Shown here piece by piece: positions 13,397 through 24,636 of a stretch of DNA of 64,000 nt. The stretch is from NCBI RefSeq assembly GCF_001194135.2, contig NC_068999.1, positions 33,364,119-33,428,118 on the forward strand, given 5' to 3'. This DNA comes from Octopus bimaculoides. Its lineage: Eukaryota. Position numbers and translations under genes: made by a program. The notes below the pieces were generated by a model. The model saw only the letters and a program-made list of their open reading frames with translations. It did no database searches and had not been told where the DNA came from. Each line of letters opens with the position of its first letter. Positions within the stretch are counted from its first letter, which is position 1.

Positions 13397-14591
13397 CAGG
13401 GTGCGAGGGGTATTTGAATAAACATTTGTGCAATTAGTCCTGATAATGATTTTTTAAGCAAATTATTCTATGAAACCGCCTTTGGCTTTGATGACTTCTT
13501 CAATGCGGGATCAAATCCGCTGGCATGCTGACACTATATGATCCTTATTCATTTCGGACATCACCTGGACAATGGCGGCCTTCAGTGAAGTTATGGTATT
13601 ATGAGGATGACGATTAGTCAACTTTTCAACAGTGCTCCACATGTAGTAGTCCATGGGGTTCAAATCTGACAAGTTTGGTGGCCACATATTGGGTGTTACA
13701 TAATTGTAAGGATTGTCTGACAACCATTCTTGGATGACTAAGGCCTTGTGAGAAGGTGCTGAGTCTTGTTGAAACACGTATGGCTTTCCATTGGATACTT
13801 CCTTAATCTGGAGTTTGATAACAGTTTCCAGTACCTCAATGTATCCAGCAGCATTAATTCTAAGACCCTGTGGAAAAAAGTGGGGAGGCATCACATGACC
13901 TTCACTACTCACCACACTTAAAACCATCACAGTTGCTGGAAATTTCGTGTGCCTCACTCTGCACATCACCACTTGTCATTTCTTCTCTTAGACTTTTGAT
14001 CCTGGTCAAAGTTTTTTCGTCAGAGAAAAACCAAAGCATGCCTTGTTCTTGAGGGTTTTTCACTTTGTTAAGTGACTGTTTTGAACAGATGAAATGGTTT
14101 TCCTGTGTCTTTGCAGACACGAATTGGCCTTTCCTCATTACATAGGACTTGTATTGAATGTCATGATGTACCACAGTTCTGATAGTACGCTCTGACATCC
14201 AGAGTTCTTTAGCAATGTACCTCATTGATCTTCTGGAGTATTCACCAATAATGTTCTGAACATGTCATATAAATTCCAGTGTCCTTTTAGTGTCTGAGCA
14301 TTGTGAATGATTTTTTTCTCTTTGATACAGATGAAACATTACCACCACATGCCTCCAATTCCAACCAAATTTTGTGTACAAATGATCTTGCAACATTTAG
14401 AAAGTTGCTAATTTCTAAATCACTGTGGTTTGCATGTATAGCAACTATTACTGCATGTCTTTTCATTTCTTGAGTTACCATGATCCATGATATTTTGAAA
14501 GGGTTATCTGAAGAAAAAAAATGATACTTTAAATAATTTGAAGGTGTAATGAACTAAAAACAAAATGTCCTCAAATACCCCTCACATGCTG
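13397..14591 (-). mobile_element. Tc1/mariner transposon, maT-type (DD37D), near full length and frameshifted
   Basis: TA-flanked ~30-bp TIRs (CAGGGTGCGAGGGGTATTTGA / TCAAATACCCCTCACATGCTG). Transposase pieces: HTH N-terminus, WFFSDEK, FQQDSAPSH…WPPNLSDLNPMDY with 37 residues between the second and third Asp. Confidence 0.9.
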
Positions 14592-14605
14592 TATGTGTGT
14601 GTGTG

Positions 14606-14657
<52 letters not shown>

Positions 14658-14752
14658 NNNNNNNNNNNNNNNNNNNNNNNNNNNNNNNNNNNNNNNNNNN
14701 NNNNNNNNNNNNNNNNNNNNNNNNNNNNNNNNNNNNNNNNNNNNNNNNNNNN

Positions 14753-14799
<47 letters not shown>

Positions 14800-15064
14800 T
14801 GACAGAAAGAGAGAGGGAAGGAGAGGAAGGTTAACATTGGTCAGGATTGACTATGTATCTGCACGCAGAAAGTTTCTTGCTGAGATGCAGGTGTAGAGAA
14901 GTTGTTTTTTTTTTTAATGGAAAAGCCAACAATTGTCCAGGCACCAAATCTCTCTCCTTCATACTGTCCCACTCTCTCTTCTAAAATTTGAGTGGCCATG
15001 TAGCTACTCTACAATATGAAAACTGTTCTACTCTGGCCTTTTCTCCTCTTTTCTCTTACTTTAA

Positions 15065-15284
15065 CCCTTTAGCAATTAAACTGGCCATATCCAGCCCAAA
15101 TGTTCTATCTGTTTTATGTTCAAACCAGCTAGATCCAGCCTCTCATATCTACCCTACAATGTCAATCTAACAATAAACTATCACATCATTGAAACGTTGA
15201 AGCTACAAGATACTTCATGATTAATTCAAAACTATGTGAATTAACAAGCATTGCATTTGACAGATTAATATGAATGCTAAAGGT
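15065..15284. mobile_element. piggyBac-type MITE
   Basis: TTAA|CCCTTTAGCA … TGCTAAAGGT|TTAA. Confidence 0.85.
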
Positions 15285-15599
15285 TTAATCCCCTATCTCT
15301 TAGCACAAAGCTGCCTCTTTTGGGTTCATAGTCTTGTAAGGTGCATGGTGATCTCACCAGTGCTAGTGACGTAGAAAAAAACACCTAGTGCACACTGTGA
15401 AGTGGTTGGCATTAGGAAGGACATCCAGCGATAGGAATCAAGCCAAAAGTTGACAGTTGAACATGATTCAGTTCTTAGACCTGTCAGATCCTGTCAAACC
15501 ATCAAATCCATGCCAGTATGGAATATGGACATTTAATAATGGTGATGATGATGATAATGATGAAAATATGTATTAAGAGACAAAGAGAGTACCTGTATA

Positions 15600-15780
15600 T
15601 GGTTACTCTATCAGTTAAAAATAACAGTCAAATTTCGCAAATTTCTCCCTACTTTTTTTAAAAAAGAAAGATTAATTGGATAATGTTGTTAATAGATAAT
15701 TTTTAAAAAATGGTATAGTCACAACTGGAACATCTTTGATCATGGATTGGCATGATCAAGGTTGACCTGGTGCTAAACAA
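15600..15780 (+). repeat. Interspersed repeat type D (SINE-like tail ending ctaaacaac)
   Basis: Similar segments at ~2780-2890, ~8870-9040, ~60180-60300 and inverted at ~800-870 and ~23620-23680. Confidence 0.55.
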
Positions 15781-15828
15781 CACATTAGAGTAATTTTGTG
15801 ATTATTCAGGGTTAAAAGGAACATTAAT

Positions 15829-15859
<31 letters not shown>

Positions 15860-15919
15860 CACTCATAAATTGAACCTCTACTCTGTTGTCTGTTGTTGAT
15901 ATTTCATGTATTTGATGGT

Positions 15920-16130
15920 GGTGAGCTGGTAGAATTGTTACAGCGCCTGGCAAAATGCTCAGCAGTATTTTGTCCATCTTCTGAGTTTAAATTCTGCCAA
16001 AGTCGACTTTGCCTTTCATCCTTTCGTGGTCAGTGAAATAAGTACCCATTGAGCACTGGGGTTAATATAATCAACTTACCCCCCCCTCTCCCAAAATTGC
16101 TGGCCTTGTGCCAAAACTTGAAGCCAATAT
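15920..16130 (+). mobile_element. SINE type B (ggtgagctggcagaat… head)
   Basis: Shared core gagttcaaattc…gtcgactttgcctttcatcctttc…aagtacc…ctggggt. Other copies: ~18315-18520 +, ~19210-19350 +, ~20558-20735 +, ~31830-32030 +, ~36735-36925 +, ~40840-41045 -, ~43510-43640 -, ~50525-50720 -, ~51310-51515 -, ~58030-58170 -, ~62525-62745 -, ~63305-63420 +. Confidence 0.85.
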
Positions 16131-16252
16131 TTCATGTCCCTTTAGACATTACTCTTCTATTCCCTTAGTGTTGCATATATTCCATTGCCATTCTAAGACA
16201 CTTTTTTAAGAAGAACAGACATATCTACACTCTCCCTCCACTCACACATGTA

Positions 16253-16283
<31 letters not shown>

Positions 16284-16572
16284 GACATGCGACATACACA
16301 CATACATGCTTATATACATACACACAAATTATGACTATAATGCTGTCTCACATCTCTCTGTCAATTTGAACACCTACTCATTTTGTTCTTCCTACATTTA
16401 ATTTATTATTCCAATTGATTTATGATTGTAACAACCTCTGCCATTGAATTTTTCCTTTCATTCAAAACCCAGACAAATTAAACAAACCACATTTTATATA
16501 TTTCTACTGAACATTGGGCTATAAGCATCGTGTCTGTAATAATTTTCTTTAATTCAATGCTACCATCTTTTA

Positions 16573-17690
16573 TCTTCTACTTGTTTCAGTCATGAGACTG
16601 CAGCCATGCTGGGGCACTGCGTTGAAGAATTTTAGTTGAATAAATCAACCCCAGCGTTTTAGTTTTAAAAGCCTGGTACTTATTCTATCAGTCTCTTTTG
16701 CCTAATGGCTAAATTACAGAGATGTAAACACATTGACACTAGTGGTGGTGGGGGACAAACAAAGACACACACATACATGCAGACACACATAGAGTGCGTT
16801 TGAAAAATCCTCATGAATGGATGAAAGTGCTAAATGAATTACCCAAAATTCTGACTGCTTCCTTTTTCTTAATATATATATACATACATGCGTACAATAG
16901 ATATATATATCGAGGTTATGAGAGGTATTGGTGTCAAGAAGACCCAAAGGTGTCAGGTAATGCTGAGTAAGTGCTATGGACAGACTATAGTTAACCTCCA
17001 GGTTTGATAATGATACGAATGAGGAGCCTAACGTAGGTCGTGTATTAGCATGCACCTATATAAAAATTAACAGAATGAGATAAAAATAATCCAAGGCTGT
17101 GAAAGATTTAGGAACATTTATAAAGAAAAGTGGAGGAATGAAAACAGACATCTGTTTCCATTTCTATACTTCACTCTGTATTTCATATCTTCTCTATAAT
17201 AACTATTACTTAAACATTTTCTCGCACAGTCTCTGATGAAGGGATATATAAAACATCCTGGAAACAGCTGTAAGACCTTCTTCTCTTTATAAATGTTCTG
17301 AAAACTATTCACAGCCTTGAATTTTNNNNNNNNNNNNNNNNNNNNNNNNNNNNNNNNNNNNNNNNNNNNNNNNNNNNNNNNNNNNNNNNNNNNNNNNNNN
17401 NNNNNNNNNNNNNNNNNNNNNNNNNNNNNNNNNNNNNNNNNNNNNNNNNTCATTCTGTTAATATATATATATATATTTATATATATATTTATATAAATAT
17501 ATATACATACATACATACATACACACATACATATATACAATAGGCTTCTTTTCAGTTTCTCTCTACCAATTCCACTCAAGGCTTTGGTCAGTTTGAGGCC
17601 ATATTAGAAGACACTTGCCCAATGTGTCTGAACCCAGAGCCATGTGGTTGGAAAGGAAGCTTCTGACCACACAGCCACACCTGCGCCTGC
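16573..17690 (-). mobile_element. SINE type A split by a hammerhead-bearing insert
   Basis: 3' half at 16573-16790 and 5' half at 17525-17690 on the minus strand; (TA)n on both sides of the insert. Confidence 0.75.
17229..17276 (+). ncRNA. Candidate minimal type I hammerhead ribozyme
   Basis: GTCT-CTGATGA-AGGGAT(atataaaac)ATCCTG-GAAA-CAGCTG-TA-AGAC: full core, stem I GTCT/AGAC, imperfect stem II, palindromic stem III, GUA cleavage triplet. Confidence 0.7.
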
Positions 17691-19559
17691 TATCATTATC
17701 ACCATTTAAAATACTCAAACATTTAAAAATTATGTGCTACTGGTTTTTCCCCAAACTGTTTGCTTACTTGATTGCTTATGTCTCTCTCTCTCTCTATCTA
17801 ACATGCTATCTCACAAACTACTGAAGCTTGCAAGTGTTTGCTTGATTGCTTGCATATACATCTGACAAACTACAGCAAGGAAGAAGGTTCAATTTTATAT
17901 CAACAATTGCTAAACGAAATTAAATTGAGAATTTTCATTTTGGCTTTTTGAAATTTTTTAATTTTTTATTTCAAACAAGTTTTCTTGATATTACAGAAAT
18001 GGTTGAGCTCTATTCGGCATGTCTTTTTATTAGATAAGCTATGAGTTTATGAACAATGAAATCAGTTATTTGATAAAGGAGATGCAATAGAAATACTTTC
18101 CACACACATAGAGGAATATAGCTAGAAAATTCCTTTCATGTTTTAGTAGTTGAGAAGTTAGTATTGGTGGTTATAAAAGTTAGTCTTGTAATTTATTGTA
18201 GGTTTATAGTATTAATGGTTATAGCAGTTAATATTGGTGGTTGTGGTTGTTAGGATTGAGGACTCTAGCAAGCATTGGCAGTGGTTATGATATTGAACAT
18301 TAGGGCTATAGTAGGGTGGTGAGCTAGTAGAGGTGCTATTTCACCAGGTAAAATGCTTAGTGCATTTTGTCCGTCTTCATGTTCTGCCTTCAAATTCCAT
18401 TGAGGTCACCTTTGTACTTCATCTTTTTGGAATTGATAAAATTAGTGCCAGTTGAACATTGGGGCTGATGTAATTGACTTACTCTCTCCCCTAAAATTGA
18501 TGGCCTTGAGCCAAAATTTGAAAGTGGATTTGGTAGATGGAACCTGAAAAATGCCTGTCGTGTGTGTGTGTCTTTGTGTCTGTGTTTGTCCTCCACCACT
18601 ACTTGACATCCAGTGTTGGTTTGTTTACATCCTCATTATTTAGTGATTTTGGCAAAAGTGACTGATAGAAGTAGCAGGCTTAAAAAAAAAATGTCCAACT
18701 AAAAATTCTTCAAGGCAGTGTCCCAGCATGGCCACAGTCTAATTATTGAAACAAGAAAAACATAAAACATCTGTGGTGCTCCAGCATGGCCACAGTCAAA
18801 TGACTGAAACAAGAATAAAAAAAAGCAAGAGAAAAAACAGGACTATATCATGATGCATGAAGCATACATAATGCATCTGAACACACACACACCACATATT
18901 TATACAGACTAATAACAGTTTTGGATTTGCCATGTTGCTAATAGAAAAAACAGTTAAATAAAAAAAATGATGTTTCCATTATTTGATTCAACCCCAGTAG
19001 GTAAGTTTTGTCTGAAAAGGGTTGGGGAGTTCAACACAACAAATTAAGGATTTTAAGTGTCCTCACTATGAACTGTACATTGTATTGTGGATTCTGTCTT
19101 GTCATAGTATGACTCAGTGAATTAGGGCAACTTCTTGGCATGTGACAGTATGAAGCCATTACCCTGTATTCTAGGCCAGTTATAAAAGTTGTAATATAGT
19201 TTTATCTGGCAGTATTTCATCTGCCGTTATGTTATGAGTTCAAATTCTGCCGAAGTCGATTAAAAAAAGTTGATGTAATTGACTTAATCCCCTTATCTGT
19301 CCTTGTTTGTCCTCTCTATGTTTAGCCCCCTGTGGGCTATAAAAGAAATATAGTTTTATCTTCAGAAACAATTTTGTACACACACAGAAAAAGATACACA
19401 CATACATGTATGCAGAATTTGTAAATTGCTTATTTTCACTTCAGCAGAAAGACACAAGTTTATTTATAGGTCTAATAGATGAGAATTTGTGATATTCATG
19501 CCTTTTTCAAAATCATTATTGATGTAAGTGAAGGAAGTTTTCAGCCAAACAGCCCCTTT

Positions 19560-19800
19560 GCCCTGACTACATTGTCACAAAATCTCTGTTGCTACGACTA
19601 CATTGTTGCAAAATCTCTGTCACTATGACTGCACAGTAGCAAAATCTCTGTTGCTATGACTACATTGTAGCAAAATCTCTGTTACTATGGCTAAATTGTA
19701 ATAAAATCTCTGTTGCTCTGAGTACACTGTAGCAAAATCTCTGTTATCATGACTACACTGTAGCAAAACTTCTATTGCTATGACTACATTGTTGTAAAAT
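19560..19800. repeat. 31-bp minisatellite, ~8 units
   Basis: Consensus CTATGACTACATTGTAGCAAAATCTCTGTTG; the aaaatctctgt anchor occurs at 19579, 19610 and onward (period 31). Confidence 0.9.
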
Positions 19801-20158
19801 TCCGATTTCTACAAATACTCTTTACAAGAACTTACTCTGCTGTCATTGTACCCTTCTACTCAACCAAATCTTGAAATGTCAGGAATTATGCAAGGAATTC
19901 TAACTTTAGTCTGTTTCTGTGAGGAGTTAATCCAGAATCTTTTCATTACACTTTAGCAATACATTGACTTTGTTATTGTTTGTTTTTGTTCATAATTTGC
20001 CTTCTTGAAATGTCAGCTTGGCACAAGAATTATTCTTCAAGAGTTCTACAAGTGCAAAAACCCCATATTTTATAGAATCTCAAGTCTTTTGGTGTTTTAC
20101 TGACATTTCAACCTTTTTAATAATAAATGTTGAATGTCCTGGAGACTATCAGATGTGA

Positions 20159-20192
<34 letters not shown>

Positions 20193-20737
20193 ATATGTGA
20201 TGGTATGGTGAGAGTAATTAAGTGGTGTGTAGTACTACTAGTAGTAATAGTGTTGGTTGTGGTAGTGTGTGGTAGTTGTGTTCTATTCTTGTTGACACTT
20301 GTTAAAGTAGACATCATTTCTGAATATTCTTGTTGGTGTTGTAGTACCAATATTATGAAGATAGTGGTGTCTTGTGACTATTGTTGTTCCTGAGGTTCCA
20401 GTATATTTTGTGGTATCTACAGAGATTGGGGTGTCTTTATGACCATTGTTGTTGAGGCTGTAGGGTATTTGCTGCCTTACCTTAGAAAATTTTTTATTAT
20501 TTCATTGTTGTTTTTGTTGTTGTTGATATTCTTCTTCTTCTTCTTCTTCTTCTTCTTAAGGCAGTGAGATGGTAGAATTGCTAACATGCCGGGCCGGGTG
20601 GAATGTTTAGTGATATTTCATCCGTCTTTATGTTCTAAGTTCAAATTCTGCCAGTTGATAAAATAAGTACCAGTGAAACACTGGGGTCAATGTAATTTTG
20701 GGTCTTATGCCCTTAGTAGAAAGGACTATTATTATTA

Positions 20738-21525
20738 TTGATTGAAAGAGCAGTGCATGCCATCAAAGTGATACTGGGGTAAAATATATGAAGCCCAGTA
20801 TACCCATAATGACTCCTCATCTGATAGGGGTATATCAGGCACATGCATCACAACCATATGTGCGCAACATGGTAATCTCATATCAAGGTAAACAGAGCAT
20901 GACCTTGCAGGTGGGTCCCAGTTAGAATTTTCTTACCCTAACCCTAACCTCTTTCTCTACTTGCTCTCTTCATGTTTAGATGATCCTTTAGTTCATCCTC
21001 TGTCTACTTCAGAATTCCAGTGCCTTGTTGAACCACTGCAACTGTACCATGAATTTATTGCCAAAATTATGTTTCTGGCATTCAACTTTGAATTCAGTAT
21101 TTTTCTCAGTCACCACAAATGCTCTTTTGTTGTCTTTTCTTTCATATCTTTATGTTTAATAGCCTCTGCCTCAAGTATTCCCAGGTATTTATATCTAGAT
21201 TCAAGTTCAATTGCCTTCATCATTTCATCACTTGACATACATATACTTTCTGTTCCGGCAAACTTTCCTCATCTCATCACCATCACAACACATTTTGAAA
21301 GTCTAAACTCCATCTTGATATCATTTGAGAAAATATGCACAGAGTGGACTAGACTCTCCAGTTCTGTCTCACGTTTTGTGAACAACTTCAAATCAACCAT
21401 AAATAACAGGTGATTAAGCTTTCCATTGCCACTTCTCAGATCATACCCCAAATCTGTCTTCAGCAGTATTTCACTCAAAAGAATCATTCCCAGTACAAAG
21501 ATTAGTGGGGATACATTGTTCCTCC
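20738..21525 (-). mobile_element. R4/Dong-like LINE remnant: RT fragment joined to a 3' tail ending in (AAT)n
   Basis: KLNHLLFMVDLKLF…MEFRLSKC (RT domain 5 region) at 21269-21487; 20738-20935 matches the repeat at 42904-43437. Confidence 0.75.
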
Positions 21526-22453
21526 AGAAGATTCCTCTCCTGCTGTTAATTCAGTTCTCTTTCTGCTACTCCATACATTTCCATAGTAGTAGTAGTAGTA
21601 GAAGCAACAGCAGTAGTAGGTGTAAAGACTGTGAATTGACTATTGCTGTAGAATACAAAACCAATTGTTTTCAGGGCAATAATTGATATAACGAACTATA
21701 TTACTCTGCTACAAAAGCAAGCTTTGTGTCTGAGTAATAAATTATTAAAAATTCATTAACAAAAATAATTAAAGTTAATTTGTTGTAATGCAAGAGCAAC
21801 CCAATAGTTTGGATGATTGTGTGTTTTCAGATAGAATCATGAATTTTGAGGTGAATGCTTAGATTGCTCAGAAGCAGAGTTTTGATGCCACAAACAACTG
21901 TTATTCTTATTGGATTCTTGATCTTTCTTTAAGAAATTATTAGAACAGTTGTTGTTGATGATATTACATACATACTTATGTGTGTTTTGGTGATGATGGC
22001 TAAGACGCACATGCACACGCACACAGACACACATGCACTTTAGGTTAATTAAAATATGTTTGTAACATATTTTAACTTCAAAAGGCAAATTCACTGCAGT
22101 TACCATGGAAAAAAGTTCTCATTCATGGTAAAAGGTGTAAAAACTGTTCAGTGTCTCTCACTTGTTGACTCCTAGATGCATTTCAAGTTCTTTAGCCTTC
22201 CTCAGTAGGAGATACTGAAGAGAGACAACCTTCGGTGAGTCCATTAGTGGAAGACACTGAGCAGATAAGGTGTTTTACACCTTTCGCCGTAAGCAAGAAT
22301 TTTTTGGTAACTGCTGTGAGTTTGCCTTTAAAAGTTCAAATATGTCATAAGCATATTTTGACTAAAGTTTCTTTATTCCTCATCGCTGCTTACTGCTGAT
22401 ACTACTGCTTATATATATACATATAATTTAAACTTATTTGTTTCTTTTTCCAG

Positions 22454-22566
22454 CAAAAAATCTTCTTCCTTGCTCATCGAAGGGGATCAGTATATCCCTG
22501 AACAGCGATCCTGGGTCAGGTTATGGACTGTTAATTTAGATAATATTTTTTATTATATTAAATACC
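22454..22566 (+). CDS. FAIM: FAIM-like protein, internal exon (KKSSSLLIEGDQYIPEQRSWVRLWTVNLDNIFYYIKY)
   Basis: Strong acceptor tttctttttccag and donor GTGAGT; open frame resembles FAIM LEINGK…TWVLHMDGENFRIVL; phase-compatible with 26573. Confidence 0.65.
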
Positions 22567-24636
22567 GTGAGTATGATCCTTTAACTACCTCTGTTAAGTT
22601 GTTTTCATTATCATGTATATATTTCTTCTCCATGAAGGCATGTGGTTAAGCATTTAGAGCATTTGGCTCACAATCGTAAGGTCATAATTTTAATTCCCAA
22701 TGGCACATTGTATCTTTGAGCAAGACACTGTATTTCTCATTGCTTCTGTCTACCCAGCTGGCAAAAATGAGTTGTACTTGTAGTTCAAAAGCCCAGCCTT
22801 GTCACATTCTGTGTCATGCTGAATCTCTCTGAGAACTACATTAATGTTTGTGGAATGCTCAGCCACTTGCACATTAATTTCATCAGCAGGTTGTTCGGTT
22901 GATTGGATCAACTAGAACACTCATTATCATAACTGATGAAGTGCCAGTTCTAAAAGTTCTATTTCTTCTCTGTTACATGTCCACTATGTTTTGTTCTGTT
23001 TAATATTTAATATATCATAACTATCCATTAGATCCTATTAAAAACTGGGTAGAGCATGACACTAAATAATTGACCATCATTAGTTATCCTATTGTAGTAT
23101 CTCTGCTGTTATGTGTTTGTGACAAGCAGGCCAGACTACCTCACTCTCAGTTGATTGTCAGCCTAACATTGTTGTACATTTTATCACCTGACTGAAGCTG
23201 ACTAATGTAAATTAAATGGAATTGTAAATGAATCTGACTGAAATATACACAACAGATTATCATCAAGCATTATGACAAAGCACATATAAAAAATGTCCCA
23301 ATGCAAACAACATAATGAACAATGAAGCAAAGATTTTCACAACACAAATATTGAAGGTTGTGTAGAATGCTCCACTCTGGCAAAAACCTACATAACATTC
23401 AAAGTTCATAAGGAAAACTTTATATCCTATTCAAAATGCAAGTTCTTTAATCTTATGAAAAATGAACTGAAATAAACTTAGTTGTTATTGATTAACTGCA
23501 GATTGAATAGATCTATGATCAAAGACACTCTAGATGTGACCATCTCACCTTATTTTCAGGTGTTAGTGTATCTAGGACTAAAAGTTAAATGTATCTTTCT
23601 CTTCATTAACAAGGTAGAATGTGATTTGAGGGAGATTTGGTTGCCATTTTTTGAAGATTCAGTTACTTAGATGGTAACCAAACCTACATCATGGACTCAG
23701 TCTGTTGCTAAGTTCTTGTTTGAAAGATTGAATGAAGAAAAGAGGAATGATTGATGGAATGGAAGAATGAATTAATAAATGAATGAATAGAAAGAGGAAT
23801 GGCTGAATGAAGAAATGAACAAATAGAGGAATGAATGAATGGATGGAAAAATGAACGAATAATGGAATAGATGAATAAGCATATCCGTGCTTTGTATAAA
23901 ACCAAAATAGAGTTATTCACTTTCACCTTCTCACCCAGCTCTACCACTTGTCTGTTGTGTCTCACAGACTATCAGAACTATTGTTACTGTAAAGGTTGTT
24001 ATTTGATTTACTGTAGATCAATGAAGGAAACAGAAAAGTGGTATAATTCCAGTGAATTGCTCTGATGTTAATAATACCCAGTACAATATTCTGTTTTGTA
24101 CCAAATTCCACATTAATAAGCACTGCCAAAGTGGCTTTCAAAAACAACTAGTACAGTGCTAAGTTCTTTATCAAATCTACATTAATATACATTGTGAATA
24201 TTTCATTCCTTAATAAACAATGTTGTTTCACAGAAGTATTGTTGCATAGAAACTTAGCAGACATGTCTATAAGGATTTACTTGAATGATGCATATAGATT
24301 TATTGGACATCTCTTTCGGGGTTTAGTGAATGGGTGTATAGGAAATTAGGATACAGTTCTATAGAGACAGAGCGACACTTCTGTAGGAACAGAGTGTTAT
24401 CTGTTGAGTGTGAAGTCTATCTGGCTTATATGTTTGTCTGAGTGGTAGGCAATAAGGTGGATGGCCAATTTCCTGAATTTAGTGCTAAAAATGGGTATAT
24501 ATTTGGATTTACAAATAAGAGAAAAGAATACTTAATCTAAATAGAAAAGTTTGCTCATTTGTTTGATGGTGCAGCTTCCCTCCACAGTGTCACTCTGAGT
24601 TTTGTGTTGTCTCTTCTTACAGAATCTTACTACTGT

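Noticed and set aside
19560-19800. CRISPR-like array (also considered for the RTE hairpin array)
   Set aside because: Units are homologous along their whole length, with no unique spacers and no cas genes; eukaryotic context.
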